From assembly GCA_947626545.1 (NCBI GenBank), contig CANQSS010000005.1:6706-70705 (forward strand): 64,000 nt of DNA. Reading direction: 5' to 3'. This document shows, piece after piece, positions 62,706 to 64,000 of this stretch; position 1 is the first letter of the stretch, and each line of letters opens with the position of its first letter. A program made the translations under genes and the position numbers. Below the pieces are notes generated by a model. That model was given only the letters and a program-made list of their open reading frames with translations, was not told the DNA's origin and ran no database searches. Origin of the DNA: an uncultured Akkermansia sp. GTDB lineage: Bacteria; Verrucomicrobiota; Verrucomicrobiia; Verrucomicrobiales; Akkermansiaceae.

Positions 62706-64000
62706 TAGAAGCGCATGTAAATGAAGGGCAGGATGCCATCCGGTCCAAGGTTCATGATGAATGCCACCACCAGCCCTGCTACCACGCCCTGGACAGCCCA
62801 TGGCAAGACACTCATCCCTCGCACTGTCCAGCGGTACAACTTTGTGCCACAAAACGACAACAGCACACCCCACACTGTTGCAACCAGCACGGCCAACGGA
62901 AAGCCCTCCCCCTCCGAAGCCCCCTCTGCTACTCGGCCCAGCACTGCCAGCGCGTCCGTCAATGTCTCCGCGCGGAAAAACACCCACAACAACGCTACCA
63001 CATGCATGGTAATCACCCAGCTTATGACGTTGCCAAGTCCACGCAGCGCATGGTTGCGTACCTGCCACCCGGCGCTCAGTCGGTGCCACGCGTGAACTAC
63101 CGCCAGCCCCGCGCCGTGCAATGTACCCCACACCAGAAAGCCCAGCGAACTTCCGTGCCAGAGGCCGCCAATGATCATGGTAATCATCAGGTTCACGTAA
63201 CGGTTACCCTTGCGGCTTCCGCCCAGTGGAATGTATAAGTAGTCACGCAACCAGGTGGACAGACTGATGTGCCAGCGATGCCAAAATTCTTGCAAACTGA
63301 GTGAGCGGTACGGTTCATCAAAGTTTTTGGGGATATGGAAACCCATGAGCTGAGCCACACCCATGGCGATATTGGTGTAACCCGAAAAATCGCAATATAT
63401 TTGCACACTGTAGGCATACACCGCCATGAGCGCCGCCGCCGAACTGTACTCATCCGGCGCGGCAAACACGCCATCCACCAAATGGCTCTGCAAATATGTG
63501 GCCATCACTACTTTCTTAAAAAGCCCACTCAATATGAGCACGACTCCTTCCGGAAAGTCTTCTTCTCCTGCAAAACTGGTCCGCAGTTGCGGGAAAAAAG
63601 TACTCTCGCGCATAATGGGACCGCTCATGACCGTAGGGAAAAAAGAAAGAAAACACAACACCTGCGCGTAACTTCGCGGTGCCAAGCCTTCCTCACGGTA
63701 ATGATCAATGGTGTAGGAAAGCCCCTGAAAGCTGTAGAATGAAAGCCCAACCGGCAGTACCCAAGATGCCAGATACGGATTGACGAGCCACTGCGCACTC
63801 GGGCCAATCAACTCGACAAGCCCTAACGCGGCCGCTTCGTAATACTTGAAAAAGGCTAGGATAAATACATGCGCCGCCACCGTCGCGCTTACCATGATTA
63901 GCCGCTTCCGCCGCCCTTTTCTTTCCATCGCGCGCACGCAAATCCAGTTAATGAACGCGATGAACAACAAAAACGGCAGGTATCCCACCCCCGCTAAGGC
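62705..64000 (-). CDS. MBOAT family O-acyltransferase (AlgI/PatA/DltB-like); N-terminus probably beyond the window
   Basis: WHRWHISLSTWLRDYLYIPLGGSRKGN...IGGLWHG signature. The frame stays open upstream of the GTG at 63988 to nt 64000. Confidence 0.88.
   Translation of the reverse strand, partial: ALAGVGYLPFLLFIAFINWICVRAMERKGRRKRLIMVSATVAAHVFILAFFKYYEAAALGLVELIGPSAQWLVNPYLASWVLPVGLSFYSFQGLSYTIDHYREEGLAPRSYAQVLCFLSFFPTVMSGPIMRESTFFPQLRTSFAGEEDFPEGVVLILSGLFKKVVMATYLQSHLVDGVFAAPDEYSSAAALMAVYAYSVQIYCDFSGYTNIAMGVAQLMGFHIPKNFDEPYRSLSLQEFWHRWHISLSTWLRDYLYIPLGGSRKGNRYVNLMITMIIGGLWHGSSLGFLVWGTLHGAGLAVVHAWHRLSAGWQVRNHALRGLGNVISWVITMHVVALLWVFFRAETLTDALAVLGRVAEGASEGEGFPLAVLVATVWGVLLSFCGTKLYRWTVRGMSVLPWAVQGVVAGLVVAFIMNLGPDGILPFIYMRF

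Overview
This 64-kb window is bacterial chromosomal DNA. By eye the backbone is well above 50% G+C. I cannot assign a taxon from the sequence alone.

Housekeeping genes are clear:
- carA, purA, uvrB and ppdK
- a TrmA/RlmD-type RNA methyltransferase and a DtxR/MntR-type regulator
- a rhomboid protease and a family-4-like uracil-DNA glycosylase
- a class-III aminotransferase (argD-like) and a divergent PutA-like protein
- a YqiJ/flotillin pair and a DUF883/YqjE-like pair

Four things interrupt the backbone.

1. A minus-strand surface-glycan locus of about 26 kb (15.7-41.7 kb). It has mosaic composition. It encodes DUF4422, GT8 and GT2 glycosyltransferases, glf, ugd, a sugar kinase-nucleotidyltransferase fusion with a HAD phosphatase, and a UbiA-type polyprenyl-phosphate phosphoribosyltransferase operon. 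That operon carries G9 and G10 homopolymer tracts.

2. A small defence islet nested in that locus (16.7-21.4 kb). It holds an Abi_2 gene killed by a 237-bp MITE-like insertion and bracketed by 245-bp direct repeats. Next to it is a strongly AT-rich two-gene cassette: a PD-(D/E)xK-like::SIR2 fusion plus an uncharacterised 340-aa partner. This cassette is my top candidate for an undescribed anti-phage system.

3. A second candidate at 56.5-58.3 kb. An ABC/AAA_21-type ATPase is translationally overlapped with a small PD-(D/E)xK-like protein that has a Lys/Arg-rich tail.

4. A dense, modular set of intergenic repeats. These are a TIR-bearing MITE family, a hairpin-rich element of about 180 bp that sits inside TACGAT(T/G) heptamer arrays, and a module of about 350 bp. 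Two inverted copies of that module bracket a 5.9-kb segment carrying an orphan tyrosine integrase.

Other points:
- A RhuM gene is inactivated by a perfect 22-bp tandem duplication.
- An MBOAT gene is followed by three SGNH/DUF459 genes.
- I found no rRNA, tRNA or CRISPR array.

All functional calls rest on motif recognition by eye in the supplied translations. No database search was run.
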